The position numbers and the translations under genes are program-made. A stretch of 64,000 nucleotides of DNA, taken from Balanoglossus misakiensis (taxonomy: Eukaryota > Animalia > Hemichordata). The notes beneath the pieces are model-generated. The model had not been told where the DNA came from, searched no databases, and saw only the letters and a list, made by a program, of their open reading frames with translations. Shown here one piece after another: positions 11,619 to 26,000 of the stretch (positions within the stretch are counted from its first letter, which is position 1; each line of letters begins with the position of its first letter). The stretch covers positions 2,175,124 through 2,239,123 of the forward strand of contig CM082586.2 in the NCBI GenBank assembly GCA_040954595.2, in the 5' to 3' direction.

Positions 11619-14600
11619 AAACATGTCAGGGACGCGTGGCGTGTTCACCTGTTGCAGGCCTAATAAAACACCATTTGTTATAAAGTCATGCCTAGCCTCC
11701 AACACAGGAAAAAAAACATATGTTGGCCTTAATTTCTTGTAATGTCATAAGTCTTCAACAGCGACAAAAGTAATGAAGGCAGCATTCAACATGCATATTA
11801 ATTTATGCTAATAAGCAAGATGGCGGACTTTTCTTATTTAAATATTTTTTTCTTATCCTAAAGCCTCTTGATAAGCTTAGGTGTGTTGATTATTAAAAAA
11901 AAGGAAATAAGAAATACAAAATACTTGAAACCTGAACATTTCAAAGGAAATGATGCATATTTATTGCACTGACATGCAGGAAATCACAATTTACATGTGA
12001 CAAAAAATGACAAACAGAGTGCCCTTGTAGAAACACCTTGATCAACAGCCCAGCACAATGTACCCAATTCGACCATAGAGGGCGTAATTTAGCTATAAAG
12101 TAGGGCCTTTGCAAGTAAATTTTTATTCTCTTTTTGGAGCAAAAAATTGGGGTCAGTTGGACCATGATGAGGAAGAAAGTAAAGAACACCCTAGGAAGTC
12201 TGCCTTGGATTGAGATTGAGATGTGTAGTGTTCTCGCGATTCCCTGAAGCTTTTATGTATGAAATTGATAGAGAGTAATGTTAGTGTCTTTAATGAAAAA
12301 GAAAGTTGACAAGGAGATATTATCTTGGTTCACATTTTGATTTATTCACCTAGATAGTCGTGATTATGAAATTTAACCCTGTTTGACCCTGCAGACTTCA
12401 TTAATTCTTCAAACTATTCACGTCATGAAATGTGTTCAAAACCGAGCGTATGTTTTAATCTCGATGTGTACATGATTGATGTAAAAACAACAACACCCAA
12501 ATTGAATCCAAAAGCAAAAGTGGGACAGCTCTGATTCTTATATGTAAGCTTTTGATAAAATAACCATTTTAGTATCATTCACATTTTGAGCCAAATGTTG
12601 AAGTATAAATATGTAAGAAAAAGTCAATTGTACCTTCCACCCCTCTTTGTCAATAGACAAGTCCAACCACACCACTGAAAACAATTGGGTTGTACCACAT
12701 TGATGGTTAGAATAGGGCATTCTTGGAAAGTGAAGAGGTAATGTTGGCTGTGATGTCATTACTTGACGACTCAGCAAAATTCGAAATAAGTGCATCTCCA
12801 GAGACTTTTATATATGCAAAGGACATCTTGTGGCTGCCCTCGCTGAAACAGTCATTTATGATTCATTTTCTCTTGTGTATTTAGGCACATGTCGCCATGG
12901 TGATGGATTGCAGTGTTTCATCCCACCATGTGCATCACTTAAAAATTGAGATTAAAGGGATTATTTTCATTTTGTGCCCCTCCCCCTGTTGGGGGGGGGG
13001 GATTTTTAATGTCAATTTGTGTCTGTTGATGCTGATTTTGTATTGGCTGAAATAAATATGTTAAATTGTTTGTTTGCAAAAATTTTGTAGATTTTAAAGT
13101 CTTAAAGCACAGTGTCTATTCAGACTTAACATTTATCATGTACAGTGCGTGGGCATTTTTGCCAGGTGTCATGGTCTAAAGTCGACCTCCCTTTCTGTAT
13201 TGTCAATTTGCCTGAACATATTCATTAACACTGAAGTGAAAACCTATATCTCTGAACTGATGTCATGCTCTTACTCTAATTTTCAGTCTGAATCTTGGTA
13301 ATTCAACTCTCCCCACGTCATTCTCCCTTGTAACCTGAGCGTGTAGCCAAAAATAACACCCACTCTTGCAATACCTCACTTTTTAACATCTGGCTGTTAT
13401 TTACAAGGGGACCTGCATTGCTGTAGGCAAGCACCCCCTTCCCACCTACACGCAAAACTGTAAATTGTCATGAAAAGTCTAAATAATTATACATTACGTG
13501 AATGCCATTTTTCGTATATTCTTTGTTAAAATGCTTGAAGTTCATATTTTCTTGTGAAGGTTCCTGTCTCCTGACAACATTTTGAAATGACAAAAACGGT
13601 GAATTTACTGTCCTTGTGTATGAGCGCAAGTCTGCTCATAGCATGTTGAAACGGCAGCCTGTATTGAAACGATGGAAATAACTTGTTTATTATATGTGCT
13701 CTGTTATTGTTGAAAACAGATTATTTGTATCAGAATGTAAATCTCTCTATTTTGGTGTGGACTATGGAATAGTAACATTGAATATACCCCTGTATATCTA
13801 TCAGCCAATTCAGTTCACAGCACTCAACTATCACTGTAGCAAATGACAACTGGTAAAATTTGCATAATATATTCCGAAACGTCTTGTAGTGAAAACCGTT
13901 GTTTAACAACCCTTGAAGGAATATTTGGGATTGTATACTTCAGTGCTGAGTGATGAAAATTCAAATGAGGAACTGTCATCCATCTATTTTAGTACATGCT
14001 AGTTCAACTCCTGTTTGCAGTGATGACATTAATTTTGTATGAACTCCGCCATTTGCAAGATACTCCCCCAAATTGCTGTTGACGTACGATAGATCGAGAC
14101 TTCACCGCTCTCTCTCTCTATTTTCTCCCCCATTAATTTCCCATTGAGAAACCTGCAGTGGGTGACTTTTATCTTGTATAAATAAGTTTCTGTGCGTATC
14201 TCATTCCAAGGTAAACACTGCGCGCTTTAGATTGTCTATCACGTTCACCTCTGTAGTCACGAAAACTGCAATATTATCCTATTCCATGCTTCATAAATTA
14301 TTCAAATAAGAGCAGCGAATTTTTCAGAGGAAAAATGCTGTGCCTGCATGCATGTGCAATCATAAAACTGGAATGCTGTAATGTACCTGACTGTTAACAA
14401 ACATTTTAATCTTCCCGTAACTTAATATCTGCGAATTGCTTTTTGAGGTCATGTGACAGTTAATCTTGGAGTGGTCCAGTTTTAAGCTTTACAATATTTC
14501 ATCGTTGGCTCAGTATGATGATTAACTAAAAACCGATTTTCCTGATATCAGTCAAGAAAAAGAAAAATCTTATGTAGAAAGAGAGAGACTCCATCGTCTT

Positions 14601-14651
14601 AAAGCTGTTTTCCTTTTTTAATCCGAAATTGATTTCGATGTCGGCACATGG

Positions 14652-14665
14652 GTTGCCATGGTAAT
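14652..14665. promoter_or_regulatory. RFX X-box-like motif GTTGCCATGGTAAT
   Basis: One mismatch to GTTGCCATGGTAAC. Confidence 0.4.
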
Positions 14666-17600
14666 GGGATTAAAGAAGACGGCAATTTTTCAGAGTGTAT
14701 TTAATCATGGAATATCTCCGACAGAAATGAAGTAGTGGCAATTATTGAGATTACTTAGTCGTGTCTTTTTTTCCTCCGTTGATAAACATTGAGGCAGCAT
14801 GTCGGTAGATTGAGCCCACATTTACCATCAGTATCAGACACATTCGTACTACAAAACGCAACATAAAATTATTGTTTTATTCCGATAAAAATTTGGTTTA
14901 AATGCAAGTTGTGTTGACCAGCTCTTTACATTATTTTCTGTCCTTTTTTGTTTCGCATACACGTGACATATTTGCCATACTGTTTGAACTGCTGAATAAC
15001 GGCAAGACAAACAATGATAGATCAGTTCACTTTCACCCCCCCCCACCCCTACCATTTCAAGCAATGCACCCCCGTTTTCCAAATGCTAAGGTCTGTCCAC
15101 CTGGTTAAAACAATGAGTTGAACTGAGATGAAACAGAAAGATTGAAGGAATTGAATTATAGAATAATAATACAATGTTTAATATTTTATCTAAATATTTG
15201 CAGTTTATCACTAATGGGTTTTTTGTTTTATCTATTTTAGTAGCGTACTGACAACCATCAAAAGATAGCGTGTCGTTCAACTCATGGGAAAAACAACATA
15301 AATGATTAATTTTTTTGTATAATACAGAAGTAATCAAAATACGTGACTTAAAATGACCTTGCCTTATGTTTATTTTAGCCTTGTTTGTCGAACACACTTT
15401 TGTGTTTTGAAGCGTTGAATATCATGTATATTTCTGTCTGTTAAGATGGGGGGGGGGGGGGGGGGAATAGAAAGTCTTGCCATTTTTTGAGGCCTTGCTT
15501 TTATTGAAATGTTTCTCATTTTTGTGTGATTACTCACTTGATTAGATGCCCTTATTAAGAAATTGATTGAAAGCAATCACACGTTTATGACTTGAAACAA
15601 ATAAACATGATTATAGTATTGGGTGTTTGTGGCAGTGCAATTAGCCAAGATTCTATGAGCGATATAAAACTGATATAAAACTGATGAAATTTTGCAATGG
15701 AGAAACAACGAAATCATGAATGACATTATGAAACGGTAACTGATCTTGATTTTTCTTCTGATCCTGAATTTCTCAATGTGCGTGATTTCCTTTATATTTT
15801 CAATGATATATATATTATATGATAACTGATTCTCTGTTTGTTTTGGATGACAGATACATGTAACCATGGATACACGTTTCCTGTTACAGCTCAGATTACT
15901 GATATTAAACAATGAGGCAGTTTACTGTGTTGAATATGCTGGCATTTTCCTGGCTTTGAGACTCGCAGAAAATAACGAATTTCAAATTACCTGCATCTGC
16001 CTGCATTAATTAACACAGCTCATATCAGGTAATTTGTCAGGGGACAATAGATCTTGTCCTTCATTATAAAAATTGGGGCTTAAAATCGTGGTAATTTCAT
16101 ATTTTTTTTGGCTTAAATTAATTTGGAAAGTACATCTGATATAACAGCAATCCTCCAGCATTCAACAGTGGCTATTTTTTCTCCTGACGTGTTCTTGAAC
16201 TAGTTTGCTCCATTCTCCTTAAAATTTATGATGCCTAAAATTGAATTATATGTCATCGTATGGTGTCATATATATGTTCATTTCATGTGTAGTTGCCCAC
16301 GCCGAGTTTCATAAAATCCAGTTCTCGCACAGAGCTGTGTCTATATATCTGTTTGAAGATGGCCGATGATCTTATAATGCTGTTTATTTTACGTCGTTAA
16401 CATGCATATTAATACACCAACTGGCACTAAAAGAGTTTGGACTTAGGTCAAATGCTGCCGTAAATTGTGCATTTTTTGTGCAAACACATGACCTATTTTT
16501 TCGGGCACTTTTTTATGTGACAGCTGAATGATTATTCAGAACATGAGATGAATTCCACAATATTAAGTTTTGGTTTCCTACCTTAAAAGATCTACATCAT
16601 AGATGCTAAAATATATCATAAATCACCTCACGTAAACATCTTATCTCAAATACAATGAGTCTTTATCTGCAGAAATACTGTATCTTTTGAATTATTCATA
16701 CTTTATTATAATCATAAGTCTGTGATTTATAATCTTCGAATTGTTAAGTTGGCTTCTTGTGTATTCATCATATATGATTTCTTCTCTCATAAGGGACCCT
16801 GTGTATTGTATCATCATACGTCATATAGTTCTAATGTCACTTTGAGTCTTCACTACTTTCCTGTGAAGAAACTACATACACACATAAGAAAACTTTCAAA
16901 ATAATCACAAAACTAGTGTGATACAGAATGTACTAAAGAAAAATTATGGATTTTGTGACCTTGTTGAGACATTATTTGTAGCTTGTCATTTCTTTCTTTA
17001 TAAATTTTTCAATATTATGAAATATTTATTTTGTAGTCATAATTAATAATTAATATGTTGATATATATCAAGGCTGAAAAACATGGCAACTGGGTCAGCA
17101 GACAACTACTTTTCCACAATAGAATTATCTTCCAACCGACCGAAAATTACCAGAAAATGTTATCTGATGACAGACTGGTAAAAAATAATCTTCATGAATC
17201 TATCATAACTGTATCTGCTAGTTTATGCAGAAGATATTTAGAGCATTAGGCGCTGTTGGCAACACCTGCAGGTATATTTACGGATCTTGGAGGTATTAGC
17301 CTGGCTTTTATGCGAGAATGTGAAATTATCGGGTCGGCGCGATGCCGAGTGCATCTGCTGAAATATTGATGATTGAAATTAGCGTAATTTGCAGACTCTG
17401 TTACGGCACCACTGGAGGGTTTTTCGTTTGAAATTCAACTGGTGATAGACGTTCACTTGTTTAACATAATTCGTGGCGTGCGTGTATGCATCATTGAACA
17501 TTGTAACCTCTGGGCATTGGTGGTGAATTGATGTAGAACCCGACATTTTTGAATGCTGGTATATATGCGCTTCATGTGTTTTCTTTCGGAGTGTACATAC

Positions 17601-20600
17601 ATCGTACAATCAGTCTCGGGGACTGCATTTCTGGTCTTCAAATTCAACATAATCAAATAATTTTCAAATTTTTTGTGACACGGTCGTATATGCATGGCTC
17701 ACAACAAATGTAGTGAACTGTGTACAATGTGTGCAGAGGTGTATCATGGGAAATTTGAAAACAGCCATTCAATGGTAGATTGTGATGGGGTCACAGACAC
17801 TCTGACCTCAAGATATCAGCTTTAATTTCCTGATTAAACTTATATAATTTAGGTTGTCAATAATATCGCCATTTGCAAATACTTTATTTCATCAGAAGTG
17901 ACAATCATTATCAAGTATGCCTGAAAAAGCATGGTGTTCTTTTAGTTCTGTGCGTAAACTACAAATTAGAATTGTGGTGGATTTTTGATCGAACACTTGC
18001 GGGAAAAAATGTACTTGTGCAATGCACGTCTTATAGATGTCAAGAATAAAATAGTAGTGTAGAGACTGACAAAAAAGCCACAATTGTCTGACAAGATAGG
18101 CATGGTCACGACTCACATGTCAAGAGTAGAGCATTGTGTGCTAGGGAATCGTCCAGTTTTTGTTGCGTGACTTTGCAGACAAGCCCCATGAATCTTTTAT
18201 ACCACATACATTTATCAGAATTGGAAACTCATTTCTCAAACATGTTAGACCCCCCTGGCTCTGAATTTCTGATGGGAACCGTACATGTAAGGGTTAGAAT
18301 TCCCACAATTACATAAATATTGAAATTTTAATAGAATGGAAAAACCACAAATTTCATCTTCAGGAGATTCGTGCACTCTTGAAAAGTGTAGTGCCTGTCT
18401 GTATAACTATATAGCTCTGAAAAAGTGAGTGTTTAGTCCCCTCAGGCTGGGTCCGGGGGGGGGGGGGGGGATTGAGCTTCATGCATCAGTGCATCTTAGA
18501 TATGTACTATGTCATTGACAATGACTTTCTTTATTTGGCAAATGGATCAAGGCAGATATGCTATATTGTTCTTAGGAAATACTTTACAGGAATCGTGCCA
18601 AGACTTATTTTAGGAGGACAGGGTTATATCAATAGAGTATATGTATACCAAAACACTAGACTATGTGTGGTTTGTAAGATACATGTATATCAGTCATTTA
18701 TTGAAATCAGTGACATTGGGAGGAGGGGGGGGGGGGCAAAATCATTGCTCACTGTCAGGAAAAATGATAAATTAGACGTGATTGAAATTGATTGATCATG
18801 AAATTGGCAAGGAAGCTTGTCAGAGATTGTTAGTTCACAGTAATGACTTAATTGGAAAATTTGAATTCCAGATTTGGAGAGAGCCTTGTTCTGTTTCCTC
18901 GAATCTCAGTCGATCAGTCTCCTGTTTCCTGAGACCCCGAGAACCGTTCCCGTAATGCAATTTAGCCTTGTGAAATTGACTGGTATAGCTTACAGTTTTT
19001 TTCTCTCCTTTTATGTAATTTTACGGTTTTACATGAGGGCTCGGATGTACCTCGTTATTCCCTCTTCCATTTCCTGTGTTCATTCCCTACTCCATATTCC
19101 CATATGCCGGACACTTTGGCACATGGAATATACATGTAAGCTGATGCTGTGTTTGAAGTAATGTATGTTTAATAATGTTTGACCATAACTCGTATTATGT
19201 ACATGTACGTTCACAAATTATATCCGGTGTCTACTTCACTGTCACATTATTAATCATGATAAACTTGTTCAGCTGCCAATGTTCTGTCTGTGATGAGTGT
19301 AATTTTAATTAGCAAAAAAAAATAACAAATACTGAGCTATCGTTGTAATGACCAGCATATAAATGTGTTACTTTGCAAACATAGGTAGCATCTCCAATCA
19401 AATTATTCAGCTGTAGAATGTATTCACAGCAGGTTCAAAGTTGTTTATTTTGGCTTGTTCAATGAAACCCATCTTAATAGCATTGCTAATTAATTAACTG
19501 ATTAACCAATTAAGTCCTTTGTATTGAATTTAATATTTGCAGACCCACTATCCCGTTTCAATACAGTAGAAATAAAGCAGGCCATTTTGGTTAGATCTTT
19601 TCTTTGTACATTGACTCTATATTGCAAATGGTAGAGTTCTATTTACTGTATTGCTTGCCAAGACAGTGTTCAAGTTGGTGTTATTGAAAAATCATTAATT
19701 TTATTTCCAGTGGAAACTATTATCAAGGGGAAATAGTGAAATGAAGCAAGGAAAAAACATCAAATGTTCTATTTTTGTGTAAATAATACAGTGTAAACAG
19801 TCAAATAAGGAATCATTTGCGATCTGTAGCATACATGCTGATATCAGAAATACCTCCCAGGTCATGAGGTGAACTCGGTTAAACCAAATAAACACTGCTG
19901 TGAAACCCAAACCAGAGCTAGTGAATATTTTGTCTGTTAGACTCAATGAAATAGTGAATAGCTCTGATGTGTGTAGTGGTGTCGGTTTGGTTACCCTGCT
20001 GTGTTGGTATAGATTCGAGTTTCCAAGCAGGTCTGTCACTCATAAAAATAATGGCAGTTTGGATCTGACAATAGATGCTTTGATCTGTTGACGTCATCTT
20101 CAGCTAGGTCATTCTTCAGAAAACCCTGTCATCTGAGTCGCAGTTCCTGGATCTGGGTGCTGTTTCTCCAAATGACGTGCATATCATGTGATTTTTCACA
20201 ACTCTTACTACCGGTATATTGTGACTGCTCATTTGCTTAATTAATATATAAAACGCAAAGCATCAACAACTATTCTTGTCTTAATTTTTGTGATGGACAC
20301 TGACGTAATCATGTGACATCATAGCATTTTGTATCCATGCCTAAGGGGTGGGGGTGTGGGGTTGTCGACAATTACCCAGGGTGTGTCTCACAAATTTCAG
20401 CTGATTCACAATGGACATTGTGTATATATCATCATACAATATTCCAGTGTGCGTTTCTGGTTTGAATAAAAGAAGAACTCAATTGATTTGTATATGGCAA
20501 ATATTAAATATGATTCCATCTTTTTCAGGGAGATAGTAACTGCCAGTTCTGCTTCGAGTTCCATATTTGTGATGGTAGGCAGTTTATTTTTGGCATTGGG

Positions 20601-22655
20601 GGAATCATATGTCATCAGTAATGTCTGCCGCTACCATGAGTGACGTTGTTGTTGTTGTTACTGGAGTTTTAAAAGAAAATCAATCATTTAGTTTTAAAAT
20701 GACAAAAACAGATCATGTTACGTTTGAACTTAAAGCAAAATGCCTAAATTTAAAATTTAGGCATTTTGCCATGTCTGAAAAAAGCCTTTTATGCTGGAGT
20801 TTGAGTAACATTGCTGTAAAAATCTGTCATGTGAGGTTAATTCCTAAAACGTGACTAAAATAAGTAGCTTTGAATGACTCCAACGCATATGTTTGCAAAG
20901 ATACTGAGTGGATCATATGATTTTCCAGATCCCGTGATATTCATATTCTGTGTTATGCAAATGATGCAGTCATTCCTTAGAGGCTTGTCGTATTATTTGC
21001 ATATGCCATCATGGCAGCAGATAACGATGAAATAAAACAAGAGAACAATCTGTTTTTTGATGAAGGGATGCGGTTGTAATGCAACTGAGTGTTGTTTAAC
21101 TTGACATTTTACCTGCCAGCATCATGATTTTTTTCATCAGAAACATTAAATGGGGTTGGTGGATATCTCCTGATGATCGGTGTCGTTTTCCACACAACGC
21201 AAGTCTCGTAATTGTCTATCAGGGGTCACGACCCACCATCGCGAATTATACCGATGCCACAGTTCGCTAGGGTTTTTATTGTTTACTATATTTTATCATA
21301 TGTCAGCTACATATTATATCTTTTAAGAACCTCCATCAATATTGATGTTTTATGTTAAGCATTGGCGGACTTAATTATTTGATCAATAATTACGAAATAT
21401 TATATATTTAAGGAGCCATTTTACATCACAGCATTGGCATAAATGTGACAGGGGTCACATATGCTCACTGCATTAAAAAATCAAATGTCAAATAGGATCA
21501 TACTAAGCTCGATGGGAGATGGGATCATAAATAGAACAGAATCAACATGAGAATGTTTGGAATTGACTGGCTGCCTCACTCTTACACCCTTCATTATTTA
21601 TCTTAAAATATGAAGTTTACTCAAACTATTAATTTTACAACAGGCTGAATTTAGAAGCAGGTTTTATATGCACTCTCAGCGGTGTTTATTGGTTGACCCA
21701 AGTTTGCACACAGCAAATGTCACAGGCCGGTGTAATACCATGTTTTTGTGTATACATTGTATATCTCGCAGACAAATACCATGTGCAGTATGTTGTGTAT
21801 ATATAATTACTGTGGATGTGTGTCTGTTCGTTCAAAACTGCTGGTATACCGTGTTTTTAAACACTGCGCAGACCTCATGCATGGCGAAAGAATACCATGA
21901 AAAAAATGATTGTCGTCTACCAGCTCTGAGAGAAATTATGTATGATGAGATGAATAGCTGTTTATGCCGTAGAACAGTGAACACGATTGAGAAGACTTGA
22001 TTAGTTTTGTTAGTGCGTGGTCATGCTGTTTTACGCAGGATAGAATTAAATATGATGCAGGTTGTGAAGAATTCTGAATTTATATTCAGACAGGCATCAT
22101 GTATTTAGAATATATGGTAAACATATAAATATCAGTCTGAATTTAGGACATTTACGACAATAAATCCTATTGTCAGAACATGCACCGTATAGGCTAATTT
22201 CTTATTTCTTTGTAGCTATTATTCTAGTTTAGTTTGGTGAGAATGAAATAATAAATGGATATCTGTGTCAGTCTTGTAATGAACTAACAAATTTGCTCTT
22301 CCCGGGAAGCAAATATAGCTTTACAAAAATGTCAAATGATTGTTACGGGTTGAAAGCTCTCCATGTTTTGGCCAGGATTTTGGGGTGAAAGGTCACGAAA
22401 TCATTGATCAGTGTCGTCAATTTGTCATCAATCACATTATCAACACCATTAAAGTGTTATCCGCCAGATCAGACTCCCCTTTCTCAGGGATTGTTATCAT
22501 TAATTCCATCTCTCGCAGTCGGAGAGCAGTCGTTAAATGCCAACTGCTGTACTGAACGATGCTGTTGCAAATAGCGATTGACACGTTTTCTCAGACAATT
22601 GTAACAGTGTAGCAGAGAATGACAACTTTCTCAGCTGTTGAAGCAGTGAATTATA

Positions 22656-22770
22656 CCCTACACAGGCAATTTAGCAGAAGGGTAAACTCACCACGGACAG
22701 TGTCTAAAAATATAATGCCCTTCACAGGCAGTTTAGCAAAGTTGACACCTCTCACTGGCCAATAACAGAG
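22656..22770. repeat. Decayed ~31-bp-period minisatellite
   Basis: ccctacacaggcaatttagca (22656) and cccttcacaggcagtttagca (22718) lie 62 bp apart, with weaker units between and after. Confidence 0.5.
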
Positions 22771-22898
22771 CAATATCACATATATTTACATTGTATCTTG
22801 GCTATCCAGCAAAATTGACAGTTTTCGGCTATGTAACAAAGCACATTTATCAGTCAGAGAAACAATAAATATAAATGATCGATCCACAAGAAAGGTGG

Positions 22899-23037
22899 AA
22901 TTTTAATTTGGGAAGAAAACAGTGAAAGATTTATATGATGAATTTAATTCTGGTTTTCTGTCAAAATAAATTTTAATTCGAGGAAAAACATTGAAAGATT
23001 TATAGGGTGAATTTATTTCTGAATTTCTGTCAATAGA
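22899..23037. repeat. Diverged ~70-bp tandem duplication
   Basis: Two colinear copies starting aattttaatt (22899, 22969), sharing tgaaagatttata, tgaattta and tttctgtcaa blocks. Confidence 0.85.
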
Positions 23038-26000
23038 TAAATGCTATGTACCTTTAGCTGAAGGAGTGGCATTTTTTTGCACTGGTACATGTTTTGAATG
23101 TGAATAAGTTTTGAACTGTGTGGGTAGTATGACACCAAGAATATTTACATAATGTGCTTGACAGAGCAAAGATGAAAATTCCTAATGCACCTAATTATTT
23201 TGAACAAACAAATTGTAATAAAAAATATAATTGTAATAACCAGAATAAATATGAGAGACATTAAAAATGTATGATTTGAAGGGTGTCAGTAAAGGTTGCG
23301 ATAAGACTGATACAAATTTGATTAATAGACAAAATATTAAAATTGATTTATTTAACAAGACTCATATTTTTTTATTTTGAATGCAGAGAAAATTGTGACA
23401 GGTAGAGCAAATTCATTTAGGTTCTGGGGATTTGGTACTTCAGAAATATAACAAACATGCTATGTTGTTGACGGAGAAGTGAGAGCACGATTTTGTAAGT
23501 AAGTTGCGATTGCATTTTACTTCATCAGATAGTGATCTGTATTCGTTCAGTGTGCGAAATTGATCGCTGGGATATCTCGTTTGTTTGTCGATGGGTAGTT
23601 TTTACTGTGATAACGTGACCAGCTTGCCCTGCAGTGATGTCCAACTTTCCTTTGTCAATCCAGATTGACTAGAAGAGTATGAAGATGCTTTAGTCGGGGG
23701 CTTGAAAACCTGACATAATTCGGCCAACTTTTCAGGTTGGAATTTCGAGGAGCAACCTCCCTGTGAAGAACAGTAACCACAGTAACTGCATAATAAATAG
23801 CAAATCCCTGTAGCAGGAAAACTTGCATTAATGCAATATTTCTAGTGAGTGTCACATGACAGGCCTTCAGAATCACATGGCATGCTTGAACCAATCAGTG
23901 TGCAGCAAAGACTGACTGGTGTATGGTACCTGTTTTGCGTTGGCTTGGGTGTGGATTAAAGACATGAATGATGATCGGCGTTATAGTGTGAACGTTGTGA
24001 AAATGAGATCGCTGCATAGGTATACTGCAATCATCCGGCACAGACCTGATTTAATTTTGAACTCTCTCTCTCAGGGAGTTTTGGCACACCTGTCCCCATA
24101 ATTCAATCTTAGAGTGAGGCATTGTCGCCAACAGCTGGTATTGCAACACGTTCGGTATTGCCAATAAATTGAAATAGCTGAGCCTGCGGTCAGGTCTGTG
24201 CGCCTAACAACTGTTGTTGCTTATTGCATTTTATAGAGCCATCAAAATTTATGTCCAATAGTTTTGGGTGGGACTTGCAAGTGCAATGCTATAGGTGTTT
24301 CTGCTCAATCGCTGTATAGGCTCACTGTATTTCTGTACTTTGTCGATATGTGTCATGTTCAACTCTCGCGATGACATACTACATATTTTATGCAAATTAA
24401 CGCACCTTATATCAGTATTAGATTGCAATCGAAATGAAATCCAAACACCGTGACCATGGCCATGCATGCTTGCTGGTTTTTTACATTTCTGAGATTAAGA
24501 TACAAGCTGATTGGCACAAAATTATACAACTGTTTTAAGTGAATTCCGAGCAGATTTTTGTTTCGATTTCAGTCCAACAACCAGCTGTAAAAAAATTGAT
24601 ATCAAATTTGTCATTTTTCATTTAAGGAAGTACAGATTTGTAAATAATATGAAAATATGTCGAATCAGGTTTGATATTGGTGGACTGGAAATGTTCAGTT
24701 TCTCTGAAGGCTTTGCTGGGAAATCAGGAAATTTGTCTGACTATAATCACTGTACCAGCAATGCCTATTACTCGTTTGTGGTTTCTATATAAAGAGCAAT
24801 TTAGTCTCTAGGCATATTTGGCACCATAAAGACGATCGTAAAAATACATGAAAGCAGTCTTGCAAAATATATTTCGATTTGGTATACATATATTCTAGAT
24901 TGTTGTAAGCTTTAAAAATAAACTTTGTTAATTTGACTGGGCCTAGCAGTCTCTGGTAATCGTTGTGAATAAAATATATCATGTATTTTTTTTGGCCCAG
25001 TTGAAGTCACTGACCTCATTTATAAACCCAACAAAAAATATGGTGCTAAAATGGATATCATCGTGAGATAGTGATATGGTTTAACTTTAATTTTTAATTA
25101 AAGGCTAAAGCTCATGAAATCAGACAAAAATACGAACAGTGCTATTTTCAAGCATTCTTGACTATTTGACATTTCTCACCTACTTGAAAGCTACATGTTA
25201 CATGTATCCATTTTTCACGACTATTCATTTGATTCGGTGCGACGTCACACACAGAAGTAAATCTGGATCGCGCACCCTACTTTCTGAACCTGCCTTGCAC
25301 TTTCAACAGAGAGAACCGCCGCACGGCCACCATATGTTGATTTACATGTCGTATAGATGTGTAACAGGTGCAGAGGTACTATGTTACATGAATGTGACAC
25401 CATTGAAACACGGTGTCCAATTCATTCTTTTCTTTTACACCATATGATCACAAAACGACATATTTTTTAGCTCCCTTCTCATGGACCATGTGAGGCATTG
25501 ATTGTCGATGCTCGGCCGTTTTCAAATTTACCATGGGAACCTCGCACCCAGTCGATACAGTTGCTGGCATCCAGCGTTACAAATACGTACACAACACTTT
25601 CGGAACTTCATTGAATTCTTGATATCCCAGGGGAGTCTTTTTCTCCTTCCAGACTTAATTTCATACATCAACGTTCTCCCAGGGTCGTAACATTGACGTT
25701 GCTTCATAAACCCAGTAAAGAGTCTGTATGCTTGTTCAAGCAGTAATTCGCTTTTTTTTTGTTTTCGTACTTTTCTTGCGTACGACTGTGAATGATACAA
25801 TTAAGATGGCAAATTTTTCCCATGGTGTGCATTCTGTGCAAAGGCCGCACATTTCATCGTCTGTCTACAATTCGTCCACGCAACAATGACCAGCACCTGT
25901 GCGTAATGCCCCCAATCGATGCAAATTTTGTTTCCCGCAGAGAGAATATTCCCAATCGATACCAGGTTTTTTCTTGCCGAGAGAATAATTCTCTTCAGTG

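Noticed and set aside
22684-22704. RE1/NRSE-like core CACCACGGACAG (vertebrate KCNQ genes are REST targets)
   Set aside because: The left half-site TTCAG is missing (AAACT), the match lies in a decayed minisatellite, and REST/RE1 is not established in invertebrates.
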